A stretch of 60,397 nucleotides of DNA, the filler included, from Sphacelaria rigidula (taxonomy: Eukaryota): NCBI GenBank assembly GCA_964200075.2. It is 9 parts of 9 records of this genome, joined end to end, with 100 filler letters (N's around TTAATTAATTAA, not from the genome) between each part and the next. Parts side by side here need not be neighbours in the genome. Positions count along the whole stretch, not along the records: positions 20,169 to 26,790 come from CAXNAA020018996.1; positions 26,891 to 33,512 come from CAXNAA020018997.1; positions 33,613 to 40,234 come from CAXNAA020018998.1; 6 more parts are not named here. One strand, given 5' to 3'. Made by a program: the position numbers and the translations under genes. The notes under the pieces are model-generated. The model worked only from the letters and a program-made list of their open reading frames with translations, was not told the DNA's origin and did no database searches. Shown piece by piece: positions 24,286-37,199 of the stretch (positions are counted from its first letter, which is position 1; each line of letters starts with the position of its first letter).

Positions 24286-24405
24286 TGGGACGCTTGGTTT
24301 CCCATCGACTCGGACAGGCTGGCGCTGCCGGGTACTCGAGTGTACCGTGAGGGCGGACCGCTTCGCAAGGGCCATCGCGTGGAAGCGTTTCACGTGAACA
24401 AGCAG
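24286..24405 (+). CDS. Internal exon of an MBT/Agenet/Tudor-like repeat protein (WDAWFPIDSDRLALPGTRVYREGGPLRKGHRVEAFHVNKQ)
   Basis: CTCCAG| and CAG|GTCAGG sites, 120 nt phase 0-0; WDxW...SDRLA.pGT followed by L.kG.rVEA resembles tandem royal-family repeats. Confidence 0.7.
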
Positions 24406-24707
24406 GTCAGGATTCCGCTTTTGCGTTTCCCTTTCTTGTATGCTTTTTTTTTTCGTCTTATGTTTGTTGTTCACTGTTTCTTGCGTTGCTTGTCTTCAGG
24501 CGGGAGGGCGGTTTCAAACTGTCGTTTTGGTGTATTTTTTTCGAACTGTACTGTACTGTGCTGCTGTGTTGTCTTGTACTGCAGTGTGCTGTACCGTACC
24601 GTGCTCTTGAGAGCCAAATCTGCAATGATGCCAACAAAATTTCAAATATTGTACTTGCACCTGACACAGCACATGAAATATAGTACAACACACGGGTCTG
24701 CGTGCTC

Positions 24708-25200
24708 AGAGCGCTTCTTCTAGCTATTTATTTTCCCAAGCTGTGCTGTTGACAGCCTCTGTGGTTTCATTTCTGTTTTGTGGTACAGTTGGCCTGAGTA
24801 CACTGTATTCAATCCCTCGAACACTTGCGAAGAACACAGCATCAGCACGAGTCGTCCCCGCTTGTTCGCGGGAGGTTTCGGGAAATCTCTGGCGGAGCGC
24901 ACTGAAACTCGCAGACAGTACGGTACCGCATAGCACAGCACGCATCTACGCGCCTTGAGCGATTTTACTGGCTGCTTGTTTTCCCGGGCTGTGCTTGACG
25001 ACCTCTGTGCGGCTACATGCTTTGTTCTGCGGTACAGTTGGCCTTAATATATATATTTAGCAGCATGGAGACAGCTTCGGACAGCACCAGTACTGCAAGA
25101 GTCGTCCCCGCATGTTCGTGCGAGTTTCGGAAACACTCCGGCAGCGCCCACTGCAGTCAGCGGACAGTACAGTACAGCATAGTATCGTAATCTGTGCAGC
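24708..25200. repeat. Diverged tandem duplication, ~250-bp unit
   Basis: GAGCG...TTTTCCC..GCTGTGCT...GGTACAGTTGGCCT...GAGTCGTCCCCGC.TGTTCG occurs twice. Confidence 0.7.
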
Positions 25201-25239
25201 GGACAACAGACAGCAGTAGAACGAAACCTTCCATACATG

Positions 25240-25835
25240 CGGCATGAATCATAGGTACATGCTCTATTTATCTCCTTGATCCGTGCATCATGAAATCGCG
25301 TGATGCATGCGCATGTTTTCTACCTTGCAGTCGTGCAGCATGAATCATGGGTACATGTTTCCCACCTCCCGTTCATACGAGGTTAATCAAGCGTACATGT
25401 TTCCGCCTTGCTTTCATGCATCATAACTACATGTTCCTCGTCTTCCATGCATACGAGGTGAATCAAGCGTACATATTTTCCAATTTCCATTCAAGCAGCA
25501 TGAAAATCAATGATACGTACATGTCCTCCGCCTTCGATTCATACGAGGTAAATCAAGCGTACATGTTTCCCAATTTCCGTTCAAGTAACATGAATCAAAC
25601 GTACATGTTCCCCACCTTCGATTCATACGAGATGAATCTCACGTGCATGTTTCCCACTAACGATTCATGTAGGAATGTGATTCGTACATATTAGGTGCTC
25701 TCGATTCGTGACACTCATTGGAGTGTACACATTCCCAGTTCGTGATTCGTGCGGTGCGACCTTGAAGGTACAACTTTACCAGCCGTGGATTCATAATGGA
25801 TTACTCTTTTGGTACATGATTCACCTTCAGCATTC
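25240..25835 (+). repeat. ~40-bp minisatellite (TGAATCAAGCGTACATGTTTCCC...GATTCATACGAG)
   Basis: About 13-14 diverged tandem units. Confidence 0.85.
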
Positions 25836-26681
25836 ATATAGAGTCAACCCGTATGAAAATGCGATGGGGGTGATGGGCGAACAGTTTTGACTACGACATT
25901 ATGAGTTATACTGTAACATTATTTACCTCCAGACGTATGTAGTGCAATGATGGAGAGCACGTTCCCGACGTTCCTGAGGTTCTGCATTTCCAGCCCCCCA
26001 GGCAATATCGGTGAGGATCGTTTCCCGCGATCAAGAACTTGCTAGCTGCCTGGTCCGCGCGAGGCACCCGAGGAACTATTGATCTATGTGTGCCCCTAGA
26101 CTACTACAGTACATCCACGACCCTAGATTGTACAACTAGAGCACGAGCACAGCCATCACGGTGGAGCATAAAGTTTATCACCTAAGAAGTGCTGGATGAG
26201 TTCATCATATTGATCCAACATTTTTCTACCCCCCCCCCCCCCTTTTTTTGACTCGTCGAGTAATCAAACTGCTTTTGTATATCGAACATTTGGAAACAAA
26301 ATGGAACATTGGTGAATGAAGGGGGGAGAAAAAGTGAAAATCCGGTGAAAAAACCTAGTGCGCGAAAAAGGCACCTTTTAAGGGGACCCTCGGAAAATGA
26401 TGAGACGTGTACATACGCGGAACATTACCATGTTCATTTTGTCGGAGATATGACTGAGGCGGTGAAAGTTTAAGAGCAATACTAGAAGAGCGCTAATGGG
26501 GGTCGTCATGGAACGAATATATCTATTATGCAAAACGCGAGAGTACGCGCTTTGAAGAATAGTGTTCCGGGAGCTGTCGCAAAGCGCAGGAATTTCGAGG
26601 CACCCGAAGGATGGTATATCCTTCAGTTCCGACACACCCTCGATTTTTTCTGTAAGCTCGAATTTGGCGGGGGTCGGGGGT

Positions 26682-26718
<37 letters not shown>

Positions 26719-27573
26719 GTGATGTTTTGGTATACTGGAGTATGGTGAAAAGTAGTAGTCGAGCCCACAAAAAGCGGGGGGGAGGGCGGGNNNNNNNNNN
26801 NNNNNNNNNNNNNNNNNNNNNNNNNNNNNNNNNNTTAATTAATTAANNNNNNNNNNNNNNNNNNNNNNNNNNNNNNNNNNNNNNNNNNNNAATCCTCCGG
26901 GTTCTCATCCTCAATGAAAAGCACCATCCTCAACATAGATGATCGGCTGTTTTTACTGAAAAACTTTAAAAGAGGGAGAAATGACGATGTTGCGTAGCCC
27001 TGCACAGAGTGCTAGGAGTTGTACAAGTCGGATGTTTCAAACGCTTGTTTCGATATCGGATTTTGAAAAACAAATGTCAACCATAACCATACACACGATA
27101 TCGTGCACTCATAGTCTCGCGCCCAGATGGGATGCGGTAAGTTGTCCCAACTCTCCCCGCTCTCCCTCTCTCTTCAAGTATCGGTCCGGTTCTTCGAGTC
27201 GGATCTTACGGACTGCGGTTTCACGTGAATAGACTTTCTTTTTTCGCGAAAGAAGTGTAGACAGAGAGTACGCGACGCTGCTACTTTCTGGCGCGCGATC
27301 AATCTACCCTCGAATTCAAACACCACAGTACTTGAAAGTGATCATAACACACACATCTTAATTTTGCTATAATATACTGACATCACGATAATGTTTTACA
27401 GACTCAGATTTTTCCGTCTACATATACATGCTTTCAAGTTTTCAAAAGGCAAGGACAGGCCACACGAGAAAATAAGCAACAGGTTTTAGCGCTACTACAT
27501 AGCCCAATGGACCCTTGAATAGTCGTATTCTCTTACCCTATACGAGAATTGTTGAGTGGTTTGTTGTACTCAC

Positions 27574-27588
27574 CTTCAGAGATGTCCC
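27574..27588 (-). CDS. Putative 15-nt micro-exon (GGGACATCTCTGAAG)
   Basis: Minus strand reads CACTAAC branch point, then the pyrimidine tract TCCTCCCCCCTTTGCTTCGCTTCTTCTTCG, CAG|exon|GTGAGTA; frame-preserving length. Confidence 0.65.
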
Positions 27589-29142
27589 CTGCGAAGAAGA
27601 AGCGAAGCAAAGGGGGGAGGAGTTAGTGATGGACGAGGGGGTGACACGTTCCATCTACATCGACCGAAAGACGGCGCAAAGGATGACAAATACTATTATA
27701 CAGACTGTCGCGCTCATGAAAAAAACACGGCTGACACATGATGGACTCCTGCACGTATGAGTAATATGCCTCACTGTGCAATATACTACACATGTGGGTA
27801 CCAGTAGAACCCTACCGGAAATACGTACTGCTATTTGGCTTGGAAGACCGCGACTATACCGTCTGATCCCTGCCAGTCATTCTGTGTGCCGTTTGCCGCC
27901 TGCATATGTACATAGGTATTGCTCGTTTAAACCCGAAGATCGACCCGTAGCTTTTTCGATCACTTCCGATCCATCGAAGGTGATATCATGCAAATAATTC
28001 TCGAGGGAGGAAGGAAATGTGTGTTCCCCCACAAGAGAGGAGTGAGCTTTTCAGGGCAACGTAGTTCACGAGATTTGAAATCGAATCGATGGATATGTTC
28101 ACTTGGCCTTGAGCGTAATACGTTCAGCGATATAGTGTACGATATAAGGACCATCATGACCGTGTTTGTACCAATATTCCCCACTGCGCCCCATGTGCCA
28201 TGCCCACACACACGTGATATTAAACATACACTCGGCGAAATTTCGCCCGTTCAACGTGTTTCTAGCTCTTTTTATCTTGTAAATAGTTTTTCAAATATAA
28301 TTTGAGCATTATTATTATTATACTACACAATCCGAGTTTCAAGGTGTCCAGCCTGGAACATTGTCCATTCAGATTACATTTGGCATTACAGGGATTCTGA
28401 CTCATCTTAATGGTTGAGGCATGACGATTGCTCTGCCGAATAACGGTCGTCTTCATCGCGCTAGGATATTGATAAAATGTATTGCGTAGCATCGTACAGC
28501 CGGATCAAAAAGGCATGTCTCCCGCGTCTTACATGAAAGTGTACGTGCGAGTTACAATGGAGGCAGTACGCACAATATCAAGCTCCCATTTTTTTCATGA
28601 TGACGCGTCACGTCTTCGGGCCACCATCTCTCTGCGTGCTTTTTTACATGCACGGTTGAACAAAAAGGTGAAAAGGACGATAAAACCAACGATACACTAC
28701 TCCCGCAGTTGTAGAGATTTCCAACGGGGATCTTTGTCAGGTATGGGAAGGATGAACTATGCTACAGCGCATGTGCTCGGGGAGGGGGGGGGGGTCTTTA
28801 GTGTGTTTGCGGTTGCTAGAAACTCACGATTCGGTTTCATCCATCGGCAAGGGCAACCAGGGGGCATGAGCCGGACAGAGCGAAACCACGTTGAATTCCC
28901 GACGCGCCGCTAGGCTACTGTATCATTCATTTGTGGTCCGTATCGATGGTTGGTTGAACATTGTTTTGATATAATCGAGCCGTGCAATTGTTGTTCCTGC
29001 AAACTCGATGGATCCCTCAGATGAGGGGAGCGTCATTACAGGTGGTGACAATACCGAAGAGACTCCTGTTGGGGGTGAGGTTCGTTGCTTATTATTCCTA
29101 TCGCCAAGCCAAGTATGTTTCTCAAGTCAATTTACAAAGGAT

Positions 29143-29895
29143 CGGTCGCCCCGGTGACTCAGTTGGTGACCTCGAAGCCTTCTGCGGTTGGGTCGTGGGT
29201 TCAAATCTGGGAGCGATCTGGGATTTTTTCACACACAACGCCCTGCAGTGAAAATGGTGAGAATGCGAGTAAACAAAGTAGTCGACTGAGTTTGTTTAAC
29301 GTGAAGCAGCCTGGATCCGTTTTTGAGGTTCAACGTCTGGGTGAGGTTCAACACGAAAACAGTGCTTTCCCTGACCTGAAGTCATGATCGATGAATTCCA
29401 TATGGACGACCTCATGCCCCCCGACCTCCTCAAAACTATTTGGGGGGTTGCCCATCTTCCGTGCCCCCCCAAAGCGTATGTCCGAAAGCATCTTTTTGCC
29501 TCGATATCGGGGCGAAAAGGGGGACGTTTTTAGCCCGAAATTCGTGCTTTCGCAAATACACTTTGGGGGCACGGGAGACGGGCAACCCCCGGGAATGGTT
29601 TCAAGGGGGTCGGGGGGCATGAGGTCGTCCATGTGAAATTCATTGACCATGACTTTAGGTCAGGGGAAGCACTGTTTTCGAGTTGAACCTCACTCAAATA
29701 ATGTCGAAACCTCAAAAACGGATCTAGGCTGTTGTGAGTTGACGCGGTGCGGGAGTGCAGACCCAACCCGCGAGACCAAAATGCAAACCGCGTACCGGGG
29801 GAGAGATGGGTTGATCTCTTGAGACCACGGCCTCATCCCGAGGAAGGGGAGGGGTTCAAAGTACGACAAACAAAATAATGGAAATAAAAACTATT
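29143..29895 (+). mobile_element. Chimeric SINE (family-A tRNA head + family-B body), split by a MITE
   Basis: Head GGTCGCCCCGGTGACTCAGTTGG...GGGTTCAAATC runs into the body GAGAATGCGAGTAAACAAAGTAGTCGACTGAG...GAGGAAGGGGAGGGGTTCAAAG plus A-rich tail. Confidence 0.75.
29305..29733. mobile_element. 429-bp foldback MITE with 4-bp TSD (GTGA). Other copies at 39018-39438 and partial ~58995-59335
   Basis: Arms of ~185 bp starting ARCAGCCTGGATCCGTTTTTGAGGTT; GTGA at 29301-29304 and 29734-29737; the empty site is visible in the host SINE copy at ~49150-49175. Confidence 0.9.
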
Positions 29896-30440
29896 AAATA
29901 ACACTACTACACGTAGCAAAATGCACTGAACGATCGCTTGGCCGTTTCTGGGCCAATAATACACGCATGTTCTGTCCGCACTGGGGCTTGCTGCCAGGAA
30001 GTCCCACGCGACTAAACAAAAAAAAAACGACACTTTTTTTTCCCCTCGGGAAGGGGCAAAAAACGGCCATTCTGGGGCCGACTACTTTTTTGCAGCCGTT
30101 CGGGGGCATGGTTCAAGCACGAGCTGCAAATTTTCAACACATTTTCTTGACCCAAAAAACACCGTAACTTCATTTTGAAAACAAACGATCGGACATCGTT
30201 AAGGGCTCGTACAAATTTAGGTACCTTCACTTATGGAACATGGGAAGTAGAAAAAAAGATTAAATTAAACAGATGTAAAAAATAAAGAAGAGTAGTAGCT
30301 AAAAAAAACTTGAGAAAAAATAGGTGGAAAAGAAAGGGAAAGATATGTGAGGGCTGTGAGCTGGACCACCAGTTTATACTCTTGATAAAACTTGAACTAC
30401 AGATTAACTAAAATTGACGACGAGGGTGCTCACCATGACG

Positions 30441-30807
30441 AGTGTGTGTGTGGTGGTGTCATCCCATCTATTCTAGACGCCAGTATACACCTTTCGGTTT
30501 ATGTGGGTGCATCAGCCAGGGTCACACAGGAGGAAGGTCAACACTGGAGCTTCTTTCTTTTTTGATCATCTTTACTTCTTCACCTTCCTTCTGCGGTGCT
30601 TACCATTTATTTATTTTCGCGGTTAGGGCTCAGCAGTGCCGTTCCCTCGTCGATCATTATGTCGAATTTTGTGTACCCACGAAATAGTCGCTCTCCACGC
30701 TGTTATGTATGATATGAGAAAAATTGCAGATCGCTCCGAGATTTGAACCCACTACCCAACCGCCAGATGTCTCCGAGGTTACCAACTGAGCTACCGGGGC
30801 AACCGGC
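30441..30807 (-). mobile_element. tRNA-derived SINE, family A, full length
   Basis: Reverse complement begins GCCGGTTGCCCCGGTAGCTCAGTTGG (A box), GGGTTCAAATC (B box), ends GATGGGATGACACCACCACACACAC. Confidence 0.85.
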
Positions 30808-32677
30808 TACCAGTGACGAGTTCCTGCCGTTATTACCGATTTGCACAAGCGTAGATATGAGTTATGGGTGTTGTTTCACTGTCATTTTTGTCCAAGGTTT
30901 CCGCAGGGGGTGGTCTTGGGGATCGATTACAACCACAACACAATATAGTTAATAGATGGCCGACCCCGCATGGCTTCACGCGAGGAGGGTGTAGGACAGT
31001 AGAAAGCGGATAAGAAACGCGGCTTCGGTACACGTCATGTACAATACGACGTGGAGATGATGACCTGGCCCCCGGGAAGGAGACCCCGAAGACAATGATT
31101 CCAGACTGACTTCACCCCACATGCTAAAGGGCCTTTTCACAACAAAAAATGCTCAAATTAATCAAATGCATTTTGAAATGATTTTTTTCCAACACGGAGG
31201 AGCTACCCGTCAAACATGCGAAACGCAACGTACATTGTTTGCCACGCGTGGGCTATTCGGCTGATAATAGGGCCTGGACCACACACCAGAGGTGTACAGG
31301 TATCTGTTGGACACGTGACGCGCTGGTCTGTTCGCGTGTTGTTCCGTCGCCACGTTCAGCGAGGCTTTGATTGTTTCAATCCCCCGTCGGTTGTATCAAC
31401 TCTCGATCACGCTCGCTCCCTCATTTCTCCGCGTCGAAAATATACCTTAGCGTTCAACTGTGTAGTGGCCAAAGTTGCGCGAACCACATGGAAGATTTGA
31501 AGTAAAGCCGCCTAGCGACACTTTTACCCGACGATTATCTTTGCTCACGGTAGTTTCACACATCGTTGTCGTTAACAACGGATCCTATGCGGTATTCCAT
31601 GACGTACCTTCGCATGCCAACGACTACATACATACACAACACGTGCATGCATGCACGAACAAACGACCAACCAAGCAAAACATCACCCACCGACAAATAT
31701 CGAATAGAAAACACAAAAAACACAACACACACAAGCGAAACCCCAGCAAACATTCATGAATCGCGCTCTCCAATCGACTACCACTACTACGACGCCTGAG
31801 TTCGGCGCGCGTCACAACTCGAAACAGATATAACCCGCTGAATCGCAACGCCCATATTCACTTCACAGGAAACGTTCACCGACAACTGACGAAACGGCTT
31901 ACACCCCCACAAAAGAGCCCATCCGCGGGTAACACTCTTGTCCAGTGGCGACTCGGGGTATAACCAAGCCTTTGAAACCAAGTGAGCGGTGCTCCAGCAA
32001 GACCTTGGGAGACCACTATAAAATTACTTCTACTACGACCACGTAGACATCCGAAAGTTACTCCCCTGTACGGAAGGAGAGTTGCCATTTCCTTCTCCGG
32101 AGCGTATGTCGAGAGGCGACGACAGATATAACACCCTTTTTTCAGCTGTCGATTTCTCGGCATGCTCGCTTGCAACCTGCTGCCAATGCAGGCGTACCAG
32201 CCTACTGAATCATCGAACCACGGCACACTCAATAATCCTGACATATGCATCTATAATTAACGCACCAACTTTCCTGCGAAAGTGGTTTTGCCCGCACTCT
32301 AGCCCGACGTACAGTTGGGTTGCGAGTATCACATTCGCCTGACCCAACCATCCTGCCCATCGATGGTGTAACTAAACCCGCGACGAGATCGTCGACCGGT
32401 AACGACAGCTCTTGATCGCACCAAAGCTCAGAGAACACGAGGCGCACGAGTCTAGACAACATCGAAACCGCACCGGTATTAACAGCAATGTTTACACACT
32501 ACAGAGCACATTTCTGGAGAGCAGTACCATCTCTACGTACACTCCGGCTGAGAAGAGATTTATTTCATCGCGAGACCAATAACGCAGCGAGACTCGATCA
32601 ACGCCGAGGAAAGTCGGGGGCACGCGGATCATTTCTCTCCTGTTGACTCCCGCTTCCATGTCACCCCCTCAGTCTCA

Positions 32678-32803
32678 CTAGTACATGTACACGTTCATGG
32701 CGTAGCCCCCTCCGCAGAACTCTCCGGGAGCTCCAGCACACGCCATTGTGCAGCCTTCGGATGCACCGTGGCGGTCGAATGTGTCGTCATCACCGCACCA
32801 GCA
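32678..32803 (-). CDS. Terminal exon of a WSC-domain (cell-wall carbohydrate-binding) protein: CWCGDDDTFDRHGASEGCTMACAGAPGEFCGGGYAMNVYMY*
   Basis: CTGCAG acceptor; canonical WSC C-terminal half CxCG...C.m.C.G...E.CGG..A..VY; not shown in the ORF track in this frame. Confidence 0.9.
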   Translation of the reverse strand, partial: CWCGDDDTFDRHGASEGCTMACAGAPGEFCGGGYAMNVYMY

Positions 32804-33612
32804 CTGCAGATGTATATTCGCGGGCACGTGGGCGAAGACGATTTAAGAACAATATTCGGCCGGCGTGAGTGCAAATACAAAAAAACAAAAATGTCAAAGT
32901 CAGAGAACACGTGTGGCATGCAACGAAGGGTAACAATGTTTTCGTCGAAAATAGAAGGGCGTTGATTGAGAGTGGATTTTGTCATTCATCTTAACTTGGA
33001 TCGTTTTTTCATTCTGTGTGTGCTTTTCTTTTCCTGTAACACCGTCGTGTGCTTACAGCTACACGTCGATATCCTATTCAGAGTTATCAAGTGCCTCAGT
33101 GGCAAGCTACTGCGGAAAGCGTATCAGGCCTCGTGTAGGATCATTTCGGAACTGAAACGGTTCATTCACGAATTGACCGCTTCTCACATTCAATCGTATC
33201 CTCTACTCTCAACCTCATGAGAACATTGTTGAGTGAGGATGGCAGGGGGGGGAGGGGGGTTGTGGCTACAACGTCTCGGCTGGTTGATCAAACGGGGATA
33301 CTTGCATGTGTAATATGGAAGATATTGGGGTTGCAATATGCAACTGTAGCGCCAGAATTGGTCCCTGTGGATTCTCAATATGACGCTGCCCTGATGGGTA
33401 ACAGGCAATCCTGAAAAATGAGGACGCGATTCTTCCATAGGAAGTGGGTGATAACGTACATCCTTGTGCAACCCCTTGTAAGATATTGTAGTATTGCGAT
33501 AATTCCCCGTCTNNNNNNNNNNNNNNNNNNNNNNNNNNNNNNNNNNNNNNNNNNNNTTAATTAATTAANNNNNNNNNNNNNNNNNNNNNNNNNNNNNNNN
33601 NNNNNNNNNNNN

Positions 33613-36600
33613 TTAATTTGAACATCGTCCAGAACATCACACTTCCATTCCCCCGCCGACGAGGACGCCAGCACCGAGAAAGACGTCCGAGGAGCACGAC
33701 CAAACATCACATGGTACGGCCTACTATCGTACCGACGGCGATATGCTGTATTTAGCGCCCACTGCATCGCCGGCAACACGTCCACCCACTCGGAAATCGC
33801 TCTACGCTGCTCGAGAACAATAGAGCGAAGAGCACGAACTACTTACTTTACCATGCGTTCGCACGTATCGTTAGACCACGGAGAATATGCTACCGCAAAC
33901 CGGTGATCAACGCGCAAAGCCTCTCGCAATCGGGCCAAGATCGCATTCTTGAAATGCGTGGCGGTATCACTCACCCACACACGCGGCACCCCCAAAGTTT
34001 TGCACCAACCCAGCAAAGATACAGCAGCCGATTCAGCAGTACACACGGCTACCGGTTCCAGAGCCACAAAGTTGCTCAAATCATCCATGATGACCAGAAT
34101 GTATCGAAACCCAGCATCCTCCGACAAACCGTGGGAAGCTAGCGGGCCACTCTCGCCCACGTGCAAGAAGTCGAAATGAACGACTTCATTCGGCGTGGTC
34201 CCATGGACCGTTTCGCCAGCGGGCGGGAAACAACATCGCCCGCCCTGAGTCAGCACAGTGGTGAAGACACTGGCGGAAAAATTCGCGCACATTAGTTTCT
34301 ATCCCCTGCCAGACACAAACTCTTGCAAGCGCACAAGCGTCGCAGCCACACCACGATGCCCGGCGTCGCGCATGTGCGCACAAATCATCAGACGTATCTG
34401 CAACTGCTTGTCAGAACTCGGAATCCACAAAACGTTTAGGCCACGCACATGCACATGAAAAAGACTTCCATTGTCCAAAATAGCAGTACCAACGTCCAAC
34501 TCGAAAGACTGCACACCCGCATCTTCGGCCCCAAGGTCTCTTCGTTGCGCTTGGCGGACAACAGATTTGGACAGCACCGAGTCATCAGGTTCGCACGGAC
34601 CATACACAGCCACAGCGCGCGCAGGCAAAGTGGGAATATTTACCCAGCGCGACAGCAGGTCATCCCACGCGTTACGTTCACCCGAAATATGACAAATCGT
34701 GTACCGATACTGTCCTAATACTCCTTTCCACCCCCCCAATCGCTGGGCCAACTCCTTCGACACAGACGTCACGCATGCCTCCGGGTTGAAAAAATACGCT
34801 AGATTTCCGTGATCCGTGCAAATGTGTACGCCATTCCACAATAGATGCTCGAGACGACGAAAAGTGCTCACGATAGCGAAACCTTCTTCGTCAACGGTTG
34901 CCCAACGCATCTTTGAACCCTTGAAATTACCACACAGAAAAGCCAGCGGTTCATGCGTCATGTCTTCAACCGGCAACCGTTGTTGCATTTCTGCATTAGG
35001 CACCTGCGTGACAAAGCTACCCCAATGACACTCGGATGCATCCGGCAACATCAGCACCTGGCAACCGGGGCGGGGATGGAACAGCGTCACGGCGTGAGCC
35101 ACCAGGTCCTTTGCTGCCGCCCATGCCTGCAGCCTGTCCTCCGTCCACGACGCGGGTGGAATAACACGATTTTTTGCCACCCACTTTGTGCGCCTTGCTG
35201 CCCCCACCATAAGTTCCTCTTGAAAACCGCGTAAGGGTGCCACTACTTCAGCCATACATGGCAACGAGGTACGCAACCATTTCATTGCTTGCAGGAATTT
35301 CAATAGTTCTGCGGCTGTTTCTGGACGCCGCATGTAAGACAAACCTTGCAAGCGGACCGGGTCATGCGAGACGCGGCCGTGTGAGTACACTTTTCCACAC
35401 CACACTAGTTCACTAGCAAAAAAGGTACACTTGTGGGCAGCTGCAAACAGACCAACACTTTCTAAGCGAGCCAAGATTTCATCAAGCGGTTCCAACAGTT
35501 CGTCTTCCGTATCCGCGAAGGAAAAGACATCACCCACCCAAATCTTGCATTTCAAGCCATCTGAAAGGTCCACCATGACACCTTGAAAAGAGGAAGTAGC
35601 ACTCAACATGCCTTACGGTACTCTTTGCGGGGTAAACATGCCAAACGGAGTCGTGATTGTGAATATCTCTTGCGCCTCTTCGGCCAACGGCATCTGCCAG
35701 TACCCCTGTAGGAGGTCCAACTTACCGAAACATCGCGCACTCAACAGGTCTATCATGTCGGATTCCTGATTGGGCATGACACCCGGCGACTTCTCCACCT
35801 GATCATTGACGGCTCCGTAATCGCTAACAAGACGGAAAGAGTCCTTCTTCGACACCGCCATCGCTGGACTGGACCACATCGCCTGTAGATTCCTAAACAC
35901 TAACCCAAACGCCACTAGAACTCCCGTGCAAGAAGCTAACCAACTGGACTTTACCGGATCATACCTCCTCGGTTTTGCCTTCACCGCGGCCACCCCTGGC
36001 TTCAGTGTAACCCTCATGGGTTCCACGCGCGCAGGGGGATCACCCCTCAGAGCACGACGAAACGCGTTAACATGGCGATATAATATGCCACGCAAGCGCT
36101 CCGCTTTTGAGACGGTGAGGCCATTTGCCACAGCATCCTTCACGCTTTCCTCAAGCGCAGCCTTTCGCGCGGACTCTTCTTCCGCCGGCTCCATAAACAT
36201 ATCGGGGCCACGCTCCACCAAGCGTTCCACCGCCTCATCACGCTCCTCGGACACCTACCCCCCGCCTCCTGGAGAGCATCAACCGACAAGCTCACTCTGC
36301 GACTGGTTAAAAAGGCAGGCGTCTCGACACTCGAATCGGGCGACGGCATTTGCGTTTTTGGGGACTCTAACAGCCGATCATACGGATCGACTCCGGGTCC
36401 CCGAAGCGTCGGTAAGCCCAACAGAACGACACCATCCGTCCCCGGCATAATCGCAAACGATATCGGGGGTAATTTCGCTGCCCCCCTGGTCGTCCTGAAC
36501 GCCAACTGTAGGGGAATCGTACGCTCCGTCTCATGTATACGTTGCCCCGATGCGGTGATGGCCTGCCGCACCCCGAGCGATAACGAAATTCGGATTTGCT

Positions 36601-36720
36601 CACCGGGGAGTAGACGCTCCAGCATTTCCACAATTAGCACCGACACGCTCGTGAAGTAGGCGCCTGAATCCAACACCGCGTTGACCGATATAGCTCCCCG
36701 CGCCCGTTGATCGGGGAGGT
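33613..36720 (-). pseudogene. Gypsy pol (protease, RT, RNase H, integrase), broken into at least 5 frames
   Basis: ORFs 36140..37036, 35613..36254, 34299..35609, 33843..34292 and 33561..33785 carry consecutive pol motifs. Confidence 0.95.
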
Positions 36721-37199
36721 AATACTCGGCAGGGATATAATTGTCTTGGTCCTCGACCGGCATCTGCTCCGCCGACTGATGGGTCGTAATCCCTACTTGG
36801 CGCCACGACTGCGCGCGCGGCGCAGGTATAGACGCCCCCGCTGGGGTCACCGGCCCCGCCGGCGGGTACGGAGCCTCGCCCGCAGAACCAAATTGCAGCG
36901 GTACTCCGGCCGACGCAGCAGCGGATCCAAATTTCAGCTGAAAACTGGCCGGCTCCGCAGCCGTCATCTCGCCTTGCTTTGTTGCCGGCGGCGCCGGCAC
37001 GGAGCCCGACACTAGAGAGGTCGGTCCCACCTGCACCGCCCGTTGTGGAGCAGCAGCCCCTGCGGCTGAGCCGGACCCAGAACCGGACCCCTGCTGCTGC
37101 TGCTGTTGGAAACTCGACTGTACACCTCCACCGCTGGAGGATCCGCCTCCGCCAACACCCCGATTACCTTTCCTTCCTTTGTGATTGCGAGGGCGCGCG

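Noticed and set aside
26684..26717. Long G runs as functional G-quadruplex elements (also ~40387-40419 and the C run at ~47110-47129)
   Set aside because: Homopolymers next to contig ends have unreliable length and probably caused the assembly breaks.
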